DNA of 64,000 bases, taken from contig OZ059895.1 of NCBI GenBank assembly GCA_964057225.1, positions 5,146,001-5,210,000 on the forward strand. Reading direction: 5' to 3'. The position numbers were made by a program, and so were the translations under genes. Under the pieces are notes generated by a model. It made no database searches. It was not told the origin of the DNA and saw only the letters and a list, made by a program, of their open reading frames with translations. This document shows, piece by piece, positions 15,255 through 28,961 of this stretch. The first letter of the stretch is position 1; the number at the start of each line of letters is the position of its first letter. The stretch comes from Auanema rhodensis (taxonomy: Eukaryota > Animalia > Nematoda).

Positions 15255-16660
15255 AGGAGCGGCAAGAGCTGGAAAATGTGGTTGAAATATGAAAGTTCAA
15301 CTTTGTTTGAAAACTAACATTTTAGAAGATTTCAATCATAACTATGCTTATTAATATTTATTTATATATAATTAATTAATATTTTAAACTATAATTATAT
15401 AAATAAATGATGAAATAGAAGAAATAATGGAAAACAATCTTCTTGTTTTCAAAACATAATCTTAAAGATTTTCCTAATTAGAGAAGATATTATAGTAATA
15501 TTAGAATAAAATTAATTAAATAAGAAAGATATTTGAGTAAAAGATGAAAAGTATATGATGGAAACAGATTTCATAATTATAAATAATTCGAGAATAAGAA
15601 TTAAGATGAAAGGATGGGGAAAGGGGGGGGAGTACATTGAATAGAATTATGTACAAAAATAATTTTATTTTTAAATTAATTTCCATCATACTGTAAGTAT
15701 TTGAAACAAAAATTTTTTTTTATAATCTTAAATACAGTAATCTTTATTTATATTTTTATAGATAGATAGATAGATAGAGAGAGATTTTTAATTTTTGTAA
15801 AAAAAAACTTTTTTATATTGATACTGTATATTATTATATATTTATCTTATTATTTGAATATAATACTATAATAAAACTTTTATTTAAGAACTTAACAGAA
15901 ATTAAAAAAAAGAGGAAATGATGCAACTTTGTAATCAAGTTGTAACCTCAAGTTTTAAACTAAAATTATGAAAATATTGCTTAGAATCATAAGGAAGGTA
16001 TTACCTATCTGTGCAAGTTGTTATACAAAGTTTTTAAAAAATAAATTATGTTGAATTAATAGAATTTGACTTTGAAAATACAAAAAGTGCAATTGCTACT
16101 GACCCTTTGAATCAAGATGTGTGTGTGTACATACATGGCTCTTATCATTACATTCTCTAGTTATCAATTATAATTTATTATATTAATTAATATTATTATA
16201 TATATATACTATATGATATATATTATATAATATAAATAATTAAAATTTCTTTTAATTGAAAGATGACAAAGAACTATTAATCTTTCATAGATGATATCAT
16301 AATATATTTAAAGAAAAAGTATAATTAAGTACAAATACTATGATTATTACTAGATTTGTATTCGTAAAAATCAAAGAAACCACTATTTCATTCATTTATA
16401 CAAACACAAACATGTTTTCATTTTCTTTCAAATTATATTTACAATATGTTTTCAATTTTTTTAAGATCATCAATTCGATCTTTTAATCAGACATCTTTGC
16501 TCTTGTATAATCTTCAAAGATTTGTTATAAAAAGATATTTGAAACCATAATTTGAAGAAGAAAATTGCTTATTTGATCATTTGTTTTAAAAGTTCGAAGA
16601 ATGAAGACTGATATGCTATATGATGAGATCATTGTTTATTGAAAAAGTTATATTCTCGTT

Positions 16661-16732
16661 GGGGATATAGCTCAGTGGTAGAGCGCTCCCTTAGCATGGG
16701 AGAGGGCTGGGGTTCAATTCCCCATATCTCCA
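16661..16732 (+). tRNA. tRNA-Ala (anticodon AGC)
   Basis: GGGGATA/TATCTCC acceptor stem with G3:U70, A box TAGCTCAGTGG, anticodon arm CTCCC-TTAGCAT-GGGAG, T arm TGGGG-TTCAATT-CCCCA, oligo-T terminator just downstream. Confidence 0.97.
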
Positions 16733-18041
16733 GAAATTTTTTCCTTTTTAAAACTTTTATACTTTATAATGTTTTGCTTGTAATAAGAATGATTTATTAA
16801 ATTTTAATAAAATTTGTTTTTTTTCCAAGAAATCAAAAAAAAATAAAAAAGGGTAGAAATCGATTAAAAATTGTATTCATTATTTTCCTTTTATTTCTTT
16901 AGAAATAACAATGAATTTCAAGCAGTACATCAATCACTTTTGCCATCTTTTAAAGAAAAAAAAAGATTTAATTAAAATTCAGGAGCTTATATTGATTATT
17001 TTCAAATGAATAGCCATCTTAATGCTATTTTTCGTAATGTATTACGTTAAGAATTGCCACCATTTTTTGAATGTTTGCTTGTTCCCTTTGAAAATTTATT
17101 CATTTTTCAAATTTTCTTAGATAATTTATGAACAAATGTGAAAGGGAAGTGATTGAAAACTTAATTTTCAATTTTTTCCCAGAAAACAGCATTTTCTTCT
17201 CATATTCCAATGTAGGGAAACTAAGAAAACGATGAAATTCAAAAAAAAACCAAAGGAAAAACACAGATAATATGTTTTATTATATTTAATTTTTAATATT
17301 TTTATAAATAAAAATAGAAAAAAATCACATTTTATGTTTTATTTTGATGAATGAAATCTTATTTATTATAATAAAATCTTTAATTATATTATTTTAATAA
17401 TATTTTTTTACAAATAAAGGACAATATACATACATATACTATATGTATATATGATTATACATATAATCAAAAATAGAAAACCTTTGTCAACGTTTATCAT
17501 GAAAACTATTTTATCATCTACTATATTCTATCATATGTATCTCAATTCATTTGGATAATATGTATGTTGTTGCGATATGATTTGATGCGTATGGAAGCCA
17601 GATTGTAGAATTGTAAGGTCTCTTTGATCACTAACATTTCATCCGATTTATTAAAGCATAACGTTGGAAGAATATATATATATATATTTCTATTTGTTAT
17701 TTCAACTAAATATTAACTAAATACATTACTATATCATATAATTATTTTTTAAATTTATTTTCTAGAAAATAAGGAAATATACATATACTATATGATTTTT
17801 AATAAGTCATTTAATCTTATAATTGTTTATTTCTCTCTCTCTCTCAATAATATCTTATTATCATCTCAATTTACTTTTAATACTTTTACTAAAAGATAAT
17901 AAGTAATATGAATCTCCAGTATCATGACAAACACCAAATGTTTTTTCTTTGATTTGGACGAAAAAGCCGACAATGCTTGATTGCTTGGTCTGATGAGCTT
18001 AAACATGACATGAATCTCTTTTAAATGTGAAACACAAAATA

Positions 18042-18125
<84 letters not shown>
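18042..18125. repeat. (GA)n microsatellite
   Basis: Directly visible. Confidence 0.95.
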
Positions 18126-21100
18126 TAAAGAAATAGAATATGTAAGAAATTGTTGTTAATGTATTAAGGAAACTACAAATTAGTTTTTATATAAATTAAT
18201 TAATTAGTAATATCTTATACAATACTATACTATACTATACTATATCATATAAATTTAAATATAATTACTAACTATTCATAAGATATATATAATCAAATAT
18301 TACATATAAGTCTATTCATATATGAATATAATATATATATATATGATACATATAACAATATTTATTATTAAAGTTTAATTTTTGTTGAATAAAAATGAAA
18401 ACAAAACATATTGGCATAATGCCAATAAGTTTATAAGAAATCATATTCATTAAGTTGACTGTACAAAGATTATATTTATGAAAAGCTTTTAAGCTCTTAT
18501 TCTGTGTGTACCACAATCGCACTTCAGTTACTCATATTTCTCCTTTAGAAATTTATTTTATTTGTAAAAATATATTAAAAGGAGAATAGAGAGAGAGAGA
18601 GAGAGATTAAAATGATATGGGAGGCCCATAATATATTTATCAATTTTTGTTGTCTAATAATTTATAGAAAAATGCTTATTTAATATTAAAGTAATAAAAG
18701 AAAAAAAGATTTAAATATTCTTTTTTTCTATTAATCAAATAATCTAATATTCTGTATTTTTTTCATTTGTAAATATTATTATGAAAAATGAAAATAATTT
18801 TATCAGTTATATATCTTATCTATGTTAACTTAACTATATCAAATTCTGTATCTTATTCTCATATTTCAAATTACTATTGTCTTATACTTAATCATACCTC
18901 AATCTTAACAATATATATATGTATATACATATATATGTAGATAGATATATATCAGCATAGCTTTCAGATAAAGCTTAACTATCTCTCTCTCTCTCTCTCT
19001 CCCTTTCGCCCTCTCATTCTCTCTCTCTCTCTCCTTATCTCTTCCTAAAACATGTAATATATCTATCTATGTGTTGTCTAATATTTAGAAATCACATCCG
19101 TTCCTCTCGTTATCTGATTAGCATTTCACTTATTCGGTCAAAACGTAGTTTGACTATCAACTTATGCTGAGCTGATTGAGAGGATTGTTCTCAAGGTAAT
19201 CGCCATCCAATTACATATCCAGCATATATTCAAAATCTATCAGCTTATATACAATTCATATTTGAAATTTTCGAATACCATATTCACTAAACCAGCTTAT
19301 CATTCATATTTAAATTTTATCATTTATATTCGTAATAGTATTCAAATTAAATAATTCTATTTCTTAAAAGATTTATTTTTTGAATAAAAAAATTTCAAAA
19401 ATGTTTCATTTCAAATCACAAAAATAAATTTTTTTTCATAATTTCGTATAAAATATATTTCATTTTGTATTTATTCTGCTTCATTATTCATATGTATGCT
19501 TAAACGATCTCATACTACAAACATATTTGAGGTCAAACTATATATTTCCATTTGATTTTATAAAATATTTTAATTATTTATATTTAAATACAAATTTATA
19601 TAATATATAATATATATATATAATATTCTTTTATATTTATAAATAAATATATTATATAACTAACTATTTATAATAGTTATACCTATATATATATATAGTA
19701 TATATTCTTATATATTCAATATCATCTAATAGTTCTTAATATTTCTTTTTTGTTTTCTAAAAATTATTGGAATATTATACAAATTCAATATATAGTTAAG
19801 ACACAATTTGATTATTTTATTTTTCCTTTTATCTTCTTTTATTTCAATTTCATGTGAAAATACTTGAAAAAGCTTAAGTAATTTTCATTAAAATTAAAGA
19901 TTTCAAACGATTTTTTAGAAACAAATCATTTAAAATAAAATATTTCATTTTATAATTTACAATAGTTATAGTTATGTAGTTGAAAAATTATATAAATATC
20001 AATAATATTGATGATGTTGATTAGATTGCCTCTTTCTTCCATATTATAGGCATCATTACCTATACAACTATCAATCCTATTTTTAAGAAAATTATAACTT
20101 CTATTATATATATTTGGTTATATAAATGGAATCTTTTTCTATATTAAGCTATTATAATCAACGTTTTGATGGATATTATGACGTCATTGTCAATCATAAC
20201 TCTCTCTTTCTTTCTCTGTATTTCTTTACTCTTTCTAGTTCAATCTGAAGAGCTGACGCTTTTCCTTCACCTCCGGTGGTAACCGACCCATAAAGTTTCA
20301 GGTTGATTGGTTATGTTCATATAAGCGTATTTAGAACTTTTAGATGTTGATTATAAATCTTATTCATATCATTGTTTGTTAATTTCGTTTTTTTATTTCA
20401 AATGAGATAATCAAAAAAAAATCTTTTTATTTTAAAATAATATATATCCTTCATATCATATCTTTTTGTCCTTTTAAATTCTTCAATCTCATAGTTTCTT
20501 TCTATTTTTCCAAAAAAAAAAGATAAATTTTCCCTTTTAACTATATTTATCTGCTAACGAAAAGTTTCATTTGATCCAAACTAAGGACAAAATAAGAGCA
20601 AATCGACGATTAGGCTTCCTCTCTCCTGTCGCCTCCACAACGAAGATTCCATTCAAGCCCGTAAATTCTCAAACTATCTATCATTTCCTTCATTTATTTC
20701 CATATATCTAACTCTCTAACTTCATACCTATGTATTCTATAGAAAAGTTTTCTTTTCAATGATCTTAACCTTATTTAAAATCAAGAAAGTATTGAACCTG
20801 AGTTAACCTGGAAACATACTACATACACAAATCATTATATTTCAAAATATTTCAAAAAAAAAAGTTATATTCTTCTTATATTTTTATAAAATTAATTAAT
20901 ATGATATAGTAAAATCATTTAATATATTATTTTTAACTTATTATGTGTATTTAAGCAATTATCACGTGAATATTTGGAATCACGTGTTACATGTTTCATA
21001 ATTTCATTTATCTTGCCAATGGCGAACGGTTGTTTCCTACAGACTTCCGGCAACATCTCGTTTGGTGTGTCGCCTCATAAAGCTTTTAACCTATACGCAT

Positions 21101-22591
21101 TAACGATTTGAAGTTCTTAGTTGAATGTGAAGGATAAAAATGAAAAAATCGCTATTTCTCTTTCGTTTCAATTTTCGGAAAAAACATTTTTTTACTTTTT
21201 TTTCAACTCATGTTTCTCATGTACGTTCAATGACCAACAAGCTCATGAAAGTATAACGTATCTTTGAACGACAAGAGTTGCATTGCCAAGACGGCAGAGG
21301 AAGTAGGTGGCCATGATTTCAGCTAAGCCACATTAATCATCATTTCAACAAAAATTTTATAAAATATTTTTTACTATATATATATATATATTATTATTAT
21401 TTATAATAAGAAAAATATTTGAATATATTGTATAACGTTGGTTTATATTAAGAGAATCATGCTATATTCATATAATAACCATTGAGCAATCATACAACCT
21501 ATATTTGAACTTTTTCTATATACATATATATCCAGTTATATCATATAATTATTTCTTTTCTGGTTATATATTTTTCTATTTCTGTCTTGTAACATACATG
21601 ATCTTAAAATTATGACCTCGTCAATTTCATCAAGCAACACTGAGTAGTACGAAAGCACTTAATAAGCGAAAAAATTAAAAATTTGTTTAGTTTTTTTCTT
21701 TTTTTAATTATTTAAAATTAATTTTATACATAAATGAATGTATAAATATATTTCTATTTTTCTCTAATTTATTAGTAAATACTTAAATTGAAAATACAAT
21801 TGAGTTTTCAATTTTTTTTTATCTTTTTAACTGAAGATTTGTTATCATTTTTTTATTTATTTATAACAATCTATCTATATACTATATACTATATGATATA
21901 TCAGTTAATTTCATATTCAAATTAAAACATTCTTAGTACATCCATCTATCTATCTATATCTATCTATCTAACTATATATATAGTTAATAATTCTTCTTCC
22001 TTATAAAATATATTTTTTTTATTTTCTTTATAATTATTTATTAATATAAACTTAGAAAATAATGAGTTTATCATAATAAGTTCTTTCCCTCTCTCACTTC
22101 ATTTCTCTCTCTCTCTCTCTCTCTCTCTCTGGCTTCTACATTTCTTAAAATAATCTAAAGATTTCTTGAAAATTTATTTTATTTTAAATTTATAAATAAC
22201 TATTATTCAGCTGTGATTTTATTTTAATTTTCATATCATTTATATTTTTCTTTTCTTATTTATTCATTTCAATCGTTTATTATATTGTTTATTCAATATT
22301 TTTAAAATTATATTTATCAATCTATCTATGATTATGTACTATAAAGATATTGTTGTATAAACATACATATACTATATGTATGTATATCCTTTCAATCAAA
22401 CTCAAAATCTATTCATATATCCTGTTTTGACGTCATTTTATTTCAAAATCCTTTAAATAGTTCAAAGATGATACAATTATTTCTTATATTTGACGTAAAT
22501 AATAATATAATATTTATAAATATAATCTATATATCTATATAAATAGAATAATCTAACTATTCTTTTTTATTTTTTAAGTATTTTATTGTGT

Positions 22592-24073
22592 ATGGTAGCT
22601 ATTTCATCAATGACTTCACGTGGATATGTTAGTCATCAAATGATTCGTTCAATCTGTTGTCGAACTAATAAAGTTGATGATGTTGATGATGCAAATACAG
22701 TTATAATTAAAGGAAATTATGTGGATACGGTAATATATTACTTAATTTCTCTTAAATACTGTAAAGATTTGTTTATAAAGTCTCTTAACTATATCCATTA
22801 CGTCATTATCTTTTGGCCATTTTATGGAAAAACATTTGTTTTCTGTACTGAAGCTCAACATCTTGAGAACTTCAATGAAATATTTGAATTTTGAACTTTT
22901 ACTATACCTCAAAACAATTTTTTTACAATTAACTATGAATTTAAAAGAATAGAAAACTTATATGAAATAGTTAATACGATCAAAATAAAACAAAACTGTT
23001 TTGTATAATTCTAATGATAATAAATTGGAATATTTGGAATAAATAAGTTTCAAGTTCAAGTTTAAACTATAAAAGTTTATTTATCATATTCTAGGTTTTT
23101 GTTTTTTTCTCCAGTAATATATTAAATCGAGCTTTGCTTGGAAAACTCATATCCGCTTTGGAAGACAAGAATTTGACGTCACAAGCTATTCAATTCAAAA
23201 TAGTTGGTGCTGCTGATCAAAAGGTAAATTGGCTTCTTATTGATCAAAAGATATATTTAGATATTTCTTCTTTTAACAGTACATTTGAATAAATATATTT
23301 CAGTCATCGTCATTATTTCGAAATTTCAAAGAAAAAGGAAATGTAGGGGTATTCACTATATGGAAAGGACAAGATGCGTTTAAACGGGTTGAAGAAACTC
23401 TTAGTCGTATTGGAAGTCAACATGCTATTAATCGATGTAAGTCTGTGATAATTTGTTGTCTTTTATCCGGATTTAAGCTTTTCAATTTTTATTTGAATTT
23501 GAATTTATATGATTTAGCTGATATTCTGTATACAACAACAGCAGCTCAAACACGCAAAGAGATTGATATCTGGATGTCGTAAGTTCTTTATACATGATTC
23601 TGATAAATTATTACTTTTATTGAGAAATAAATATATTAATTATATCTATTTATAGAGAATCAGTAGCAATTTCTGCAGCAAAACAGAATGGAAAACCGAC
23701 AGTTGATGAAAAGGTTCTCGTTAATGATTCTTCTAACGACAGCACACCGACAAACCAAAACGGTGCGGAAGCTGGAACTGTTGAAGCAGCTGAGGTGATC
23801 GACAGTTCTGAAAACAAATTATCACAAGAAGTAGCAGTAAACAAAATAGTTACAAAAGATGATCAATCCCCCGATGTTGTAACTACTGATAATGCTACTG
23901 CGGCTGATGTTCCAGCTGGTACTGCTTCTGCTGCTACTGTTCCTGCTCCGACTGCTACAGCTCAAGCACTATCATCTAACGACGATACAGCCACAACTGA
24001 GACGGTACCTGCCAAAACTCCGTCACCTCCCCCTATAACATCTCAATCCGTTCAGCCAGCTGAAACTTCATGA
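22592..24073 (+). CDS. Nucleoside-diphosphate-kinase-like (NDK fold) protein, probably catalytically inactive, with Thr/Ala/Pro/acidic low-complexity tail; ~292 aa, 5 exons (22592-22729, 23095-23223, 23304-23436, 23518-23578, 23656-24073)
   Basis: GT-AG introns with consistent phases 0/0/1/2. Translation DTVFVFFSSNILNRALLGKLISALEDK...GVFTIWKGQDAFKRVEETL...DILYTTTAAQTRKEIDIWM aligns by eye with NDK motifs (TFIxIKPDGVQRGLVGEII; VxMVWEGxDAVxxxR; HGSDSxESAxREIxLWF). Confidence 0.7.
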
Positions 24074-24382
24074 GAGATATCATTCAATTTTTTACAAATA
24101 AATGATTTCTTCAAAAAAAAAGTTTGTTGGTATACTTTTAAACTTTTTCTTTTCAAAATTAAATGTTTTGTTTATTCTTTTTTTCTTTTTTTAACAAATT
24201 TTTTTCTTACATGAATTGTTTCTTATTGAAAGAATAGACATCACAATAGGAGGGTGGAGCAATGTTATTGTGAATTTCTTTATTCTTTTTCATTTTCACC
24301 TTAAATAAATGAAGAATTTGTACTTCTGCTTTCTTAGAGTTTTACTTCTTCTACCATTCATAATCTCTCCATAATACTTTCA

Positions 24383-24504
<122 letters not shown>

Positions 24505-25469
24505 TAACACACATACACACTCTCATCTCTTACTTCTTCTTTTGCTCGAAAATCATTCAGCCTTTTTCCATACTCATGTTCCAAAGTTTCACTTCATTTT
24601 CTCACGATATATACATAAATGTATTAATTGACATAATGCACATATTATTATAATTATTATGCATATTTATTAATATTAATTATGTGATATTATATTGATT
24701 TTTGACCACTACATGATCTCAAATATTTTCATTAGTTAATCAATCATATTAAATAATTTCTTTTTATTTACTATTATATACTTATAAATTATGTTTATTA
24801 CTTATTATAACTAATCAATAATCGATAAATATTACTTGCTCATATCTTTCTTTCCATTTCTTGGAAATCAGTTGTTCTCTTGAAAAAAGTAAAAAAAAAA
24901 ATTTTTTTTGTTATTTCATTTTATTTTTCTTATTACAATCTCTGTATCTACAAGCATACGGATTGAACATCAACCGCTCATTAGGTGTTAAGATGAGAGA
25001 AATGACTTAACGATTTATTTTTTCCAATTTTTTATTCTGTTCAATCTATCTAAAGAAATTACAAAAAAAAAACAAATTCATTCATATAATAAGATAAATA
25101 GATTTGTTCAAAAATTAAAATGCTATAAGCCATTTAATCATTATAATAATTATAAATATTTTTAAACTTTTTATTTGAAAATTGATCAATAATATTGAAT
25201 TTGTAAGCTATCAGTTCAATGATTTTGTTATGTTTTTTTCTATTTTCGAATTTCTTAATCTCCAGAGAGGTTTTAAGAAGAAAAAACAGCAAAAACGTAA
25301 AAAATACGATATCCAATAACCGGATTCGTATAACTAACCATCATATAATAGATAAAAACGCATAAATGTATATACAGTTATATTCATCTATATATGAATA
25401 TAGTTGTGTACAAGCTTTAGTCATCTATAGTTTAGAAGTGTTTGTTGGCAAACTGCCCATTTACATCGG

Positions 25470-26180
25470 ATGTAATGCCTCAGTGACGATGACGATAGCA
25501 CCGATGGCGACGACGCCGACGACGATCCGCTTTCCGGCAACTTTGTGCTTCTGACGATAAACCCTTGAAGGCGGAGCACTTGGGTTCTGTCTCTATCTGT
25601 GAGAGTAAAAGCGTGTGTAAGTGTGTGGAAAAGGAGGAGCGCGGAGAGTGTTGGACGGGGGAGGGTGTGGGGTGGGAAGAGAAGGGAGAACGAAGAGACG
25701 AAGGCTGTGTGTCAGCGCTGTTGCGCTCCACATGGACAAACGTATAGTGGTTTAATACATAAATATAAGTTTCTTCAAGAACTTCAGCAGCATTCTTTCT
25801 TATAAGCACCAGGCTAAACTATCAGCGACTACCTGAAATCTCTTCGCGTCGCACTGACGACGATGATACTGCGACATGTCGCAAGCTGTCGCCGACCCCT
25901 CATTTGTTAAAAAAGCACTGTACATCTTGGTTATCCACTCAAAATAGTAGCAGACACATGTTTGGGTAGCCACCATGTTCACAAACTGACGTTGTTGTTC
26001 GATTAGCAGAGAGCGGCGACATGGTGTTGTTAATTTGTCGCTCGCACCGCCATGGTTTGGCGACGAGCGCTGAGAGAAATGATGAGACAGTACGTAAAAC
26101 ACGGAGAACACAGGCTGCGACGCGACATTCGCGCGTCGCGTACTGACGGCGGTCGTCTGTCGCTGACGACGATTGATTCG
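25470..26180. promoter_or_regulatory. CpG-rich putative promoter/enhancer upstream of the MADF gene, with clustered TGACGA(CGA) and GCGACA/TGTCGC motifs
   Basis: Abrupt rise in GC and CpG against an AT-rich background, no credible spliced ORF, 0.6-1.3 kb upstream of the MADF ATG. Confidence 0.5.
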
Positions 26181-26807
26181 TTTTGCATTTCTAACTGACC
26201 TTTTTACTATTTGTGAAGTCTGTAATAAGCTGGAAAATCTAGAGCTTATTTTAATTTGTATATATGCATCGCGTAATAGTTAATCGCGTAGCCAAGAACG
26301 GTCAGCGTTGACCTTTTCTTCGGTTTCTAAACCGTTTCCACACCTCGCCGGTCTTATGTTCACTCTTTCTATACCGTTTTACGTTCATTTTATATTTGTT
26401 TTTTAATTTAATTTATATAAGGCACATTATCTAAGTAATTCCTTACAGTTGTTTCTAAACATAATTCTCAGAAGCCATCAGAATTCTTTTAAGGTAAACT
26501 AATTGAGGTATGTTGTCTAGCGTTCATAAATGGTGCTGAACAGTTGAATTTATATTTGCTTTTACAATTACAATTCAAAACATTCTTGACGACTTCCTAA
26601 CTCCAGCTTTAATAGGTTTTTTTCTCACCGAATAAATTCGTAGTTATCCGCTAATTTTTCTACTTTCTGCAAGATTCATGTGCCGTTCATTGAACTTTAG
26701 AATATACTTGTCAGTTGAAGTAATTTCAATATTTTTCATTGTGCAGTATTATATTTTCATTAAATTCATTGTTTGCAGGGACTGTTCAAGGAGAATAATT
26801 CACAGCG

Positions 26808-27986
26808 ATGGCTCAATGGACAGATCCCTCACGAACTTTCTTAATTCAGGAAATTCGAACCCGACCGGTATGTAATATCGTGCTTCGTTAATGAACTTAA
26901 GCATTGTTGTTGTAGGTGGTCTGGGATCGAGATATGTCTAACGACAGTACTCATAAAGCTGCGAAACAGAATGCTTTTTCTGAAGTGGCGAAAGCTTTGA
27001 ATGAAGCTTTTCCATCCCCTACGATGAAATTCACCGGTTAGTAGTGTTTTCACAGAATTTGAGTTATTTTTTTCGTTTAGGAGAAGATGTAAGATCACAG
27101 TGGAAAAATTTAAAAGATACATTTGTTAGAAAATTAAGATATCTGAATGAGGGAAAGTATGTTTTTGAATTTGAATAGCTTAATTCTGAAAAGTAACCTA
27201 TAGATATGCATATGACTCTCAAAAAGAACCAACCTGGAAATTTTATCGTATGCTCTCATTTCTTGATGACAAGAAAAAGGAAAGATTATCTCCTGAAAGC
27301 CCACTATTCGATATTTCTGCTTTACATCAAGAGCATGGGTAAGCTTTTTTTTTATTTTTAAAACTTATTTTCTATTTCGTTGCAGATCTTTTAGCATAGA
27401 TTTACCTAAAGCGGAACATTTCGAAAACAGTAACGAAAGTGCGTCAAGTCAGGAAGTTTTACAAATTCTAGCTAATGTAAGAACTGCCGTAAGTTGGCAT
27501 GTTCAAAAGAAAATACTTCATTTCTTTTATTTCAGCAACTCAAAGGTGATAAAAGCGGATCTAGTGTGAGCTCACTTAATCCTGGTTCTCCACCTCTTAA
27601 TGGAGAATCCAATTCCGTACTGTCATCGACAGTCTTGAAAGGAAACGATAGTCCAAAGACACCTCCTGGTGAAAGTGTGGAAGAGGAGGAAGAACCTCGA
27701 AAAAAAAGAGTAATGATTGATCAACGTATTTCTATTTTGACATTAAAATTTCAGGCATGCCAGCGCTGTGTTCGAAACTCAACAACACCTCAAAGCGATG
27801 AATTTGATCTTTTTGGTTCACTTGTAGCAGCTCAATTACGACGGTATATGATACCAAAATTAAATTTTATTATTTCTTTATTATAGCCTCGCAGAAGAAA
27901 ATTCGCGTTCATGCTCTCTTCGACTTCAAAAAGCCCTTAATGATGTGATGTACGAATCTCAAATGGATCTTCTAGGCAACCATTAG
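26808..27986 (+). CDS. MADF (Myb/SANT-like) domain transcription factor with C-terminal BESS-like motif; 8 exons
   Basis: Spliced translation MAQWTDPSRTFLIQEIRTRPVVWD...AFSEVAKAL...VRSQWKNLKDTFVRKL...PTWKFYRMLSFL fits the MADF pattern. C-terminus DEFDLFGSLVAAQLRRL...LQKALNDVMYE is BESS-like. GT-AG introns. Confidence 0.88.
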
Positions 27987-28961
27987 AGAATCTAGCCAAG
28001 ATCTCAAAATATTCTTTTTTTGAATTTTAAATTTGCACGTTTAAATTATCCACCGCGTGGATCTCATTCTCATATCTGCCTAATATTTCTTAGATAGTCC
28101 ATAGAAACACTAAATAGATTTAATGTATAAATTCGCCGAATTTGTGATGTGCCGTTTGTCAGAGCCTCAGCTACTAAGCCTATATTCAATTTTTTGAATC
28201 AAAAAAGCCAGATGTTAAGATGTTATACATCTTGCAATATTCATATATATAGCACGTTAGAGAGAAACTTATTAATTTCTTTTTATTTTCCGCTTTCATA
28301 CAAGTTTTTGATATCGATTGGGGTCATTAAGTTACGAAGAGCTTATAGTATAGTACCTATGTTACCAATGTCACACCAGGGATTTTGATTCTTCGCCTAC
28401 CTTCTTATTCATTACTTGTTTTCTGTAATAATATTATTATTTTTTGCTTTCATTTACTAGTCTAAACACTGAGAGCATTTTCGCTGTACAGATATTAACG
28501 TGCTGTCGTGTAGACTTAATCAGGCTTTCTTTTCCAATTTCTTGGAAAACATAATATTACTTACTAATGTAAGTGTTGTCATCAATAATGTGTAAATAAA
28601 ATATATTTCATTGAACACAGAATGCGTTTATTTTTCGAAATAATTACTATTAAAAATCTGAACCAAATCATGAAAAACATAACTTACTACCCAGTAGCTT
28701 TGGATATGATTGAATTCTCAATATGGTTAATTCAGAAGTCTACAAGCTAGAAAAGGCACAATGAATATCACGGAGTTTCACAGAATTACGTAGTGGAGGG
28801 GCAAGTAAAAATTATAAAGGGCACCCCAAGTGAAAAATATCAATATCACAGACCTTATCACAGTGGTTATGAAGCTTACCCTAATATTATGTCCAACGAA
28901 TAACCGTTTGTTTAGTATGAATTTGAAATATACATGATCAACATTATAACAATACTCCAGA

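Noticed and set aside
20280-20315. AAAGTTTCAGGT resembling part of mir-87
   Set aside because: Seed sequence absent and hairpin too weak and short.
22719-23114. Alternative NDK-like start (MWIR) using the acceptor at 23114
   Set aside because: The acceptor at 23094 keeps the long exon-1 frame and supplies the first NDK beta-strand; the short form remains possible only as a minor isoform.
25366-26111. Overlapping ORFs in the GC-rich island
   Set aside because: ORFs on both strands simply reflect higher GC; no splice-consistent model or domain.
26808-27986. MADF gene as part of a PIF/Harbinger transposon
   Set aside because: No transposase, TIRs or TSD seen; the intron-rich structure fits a host gene.
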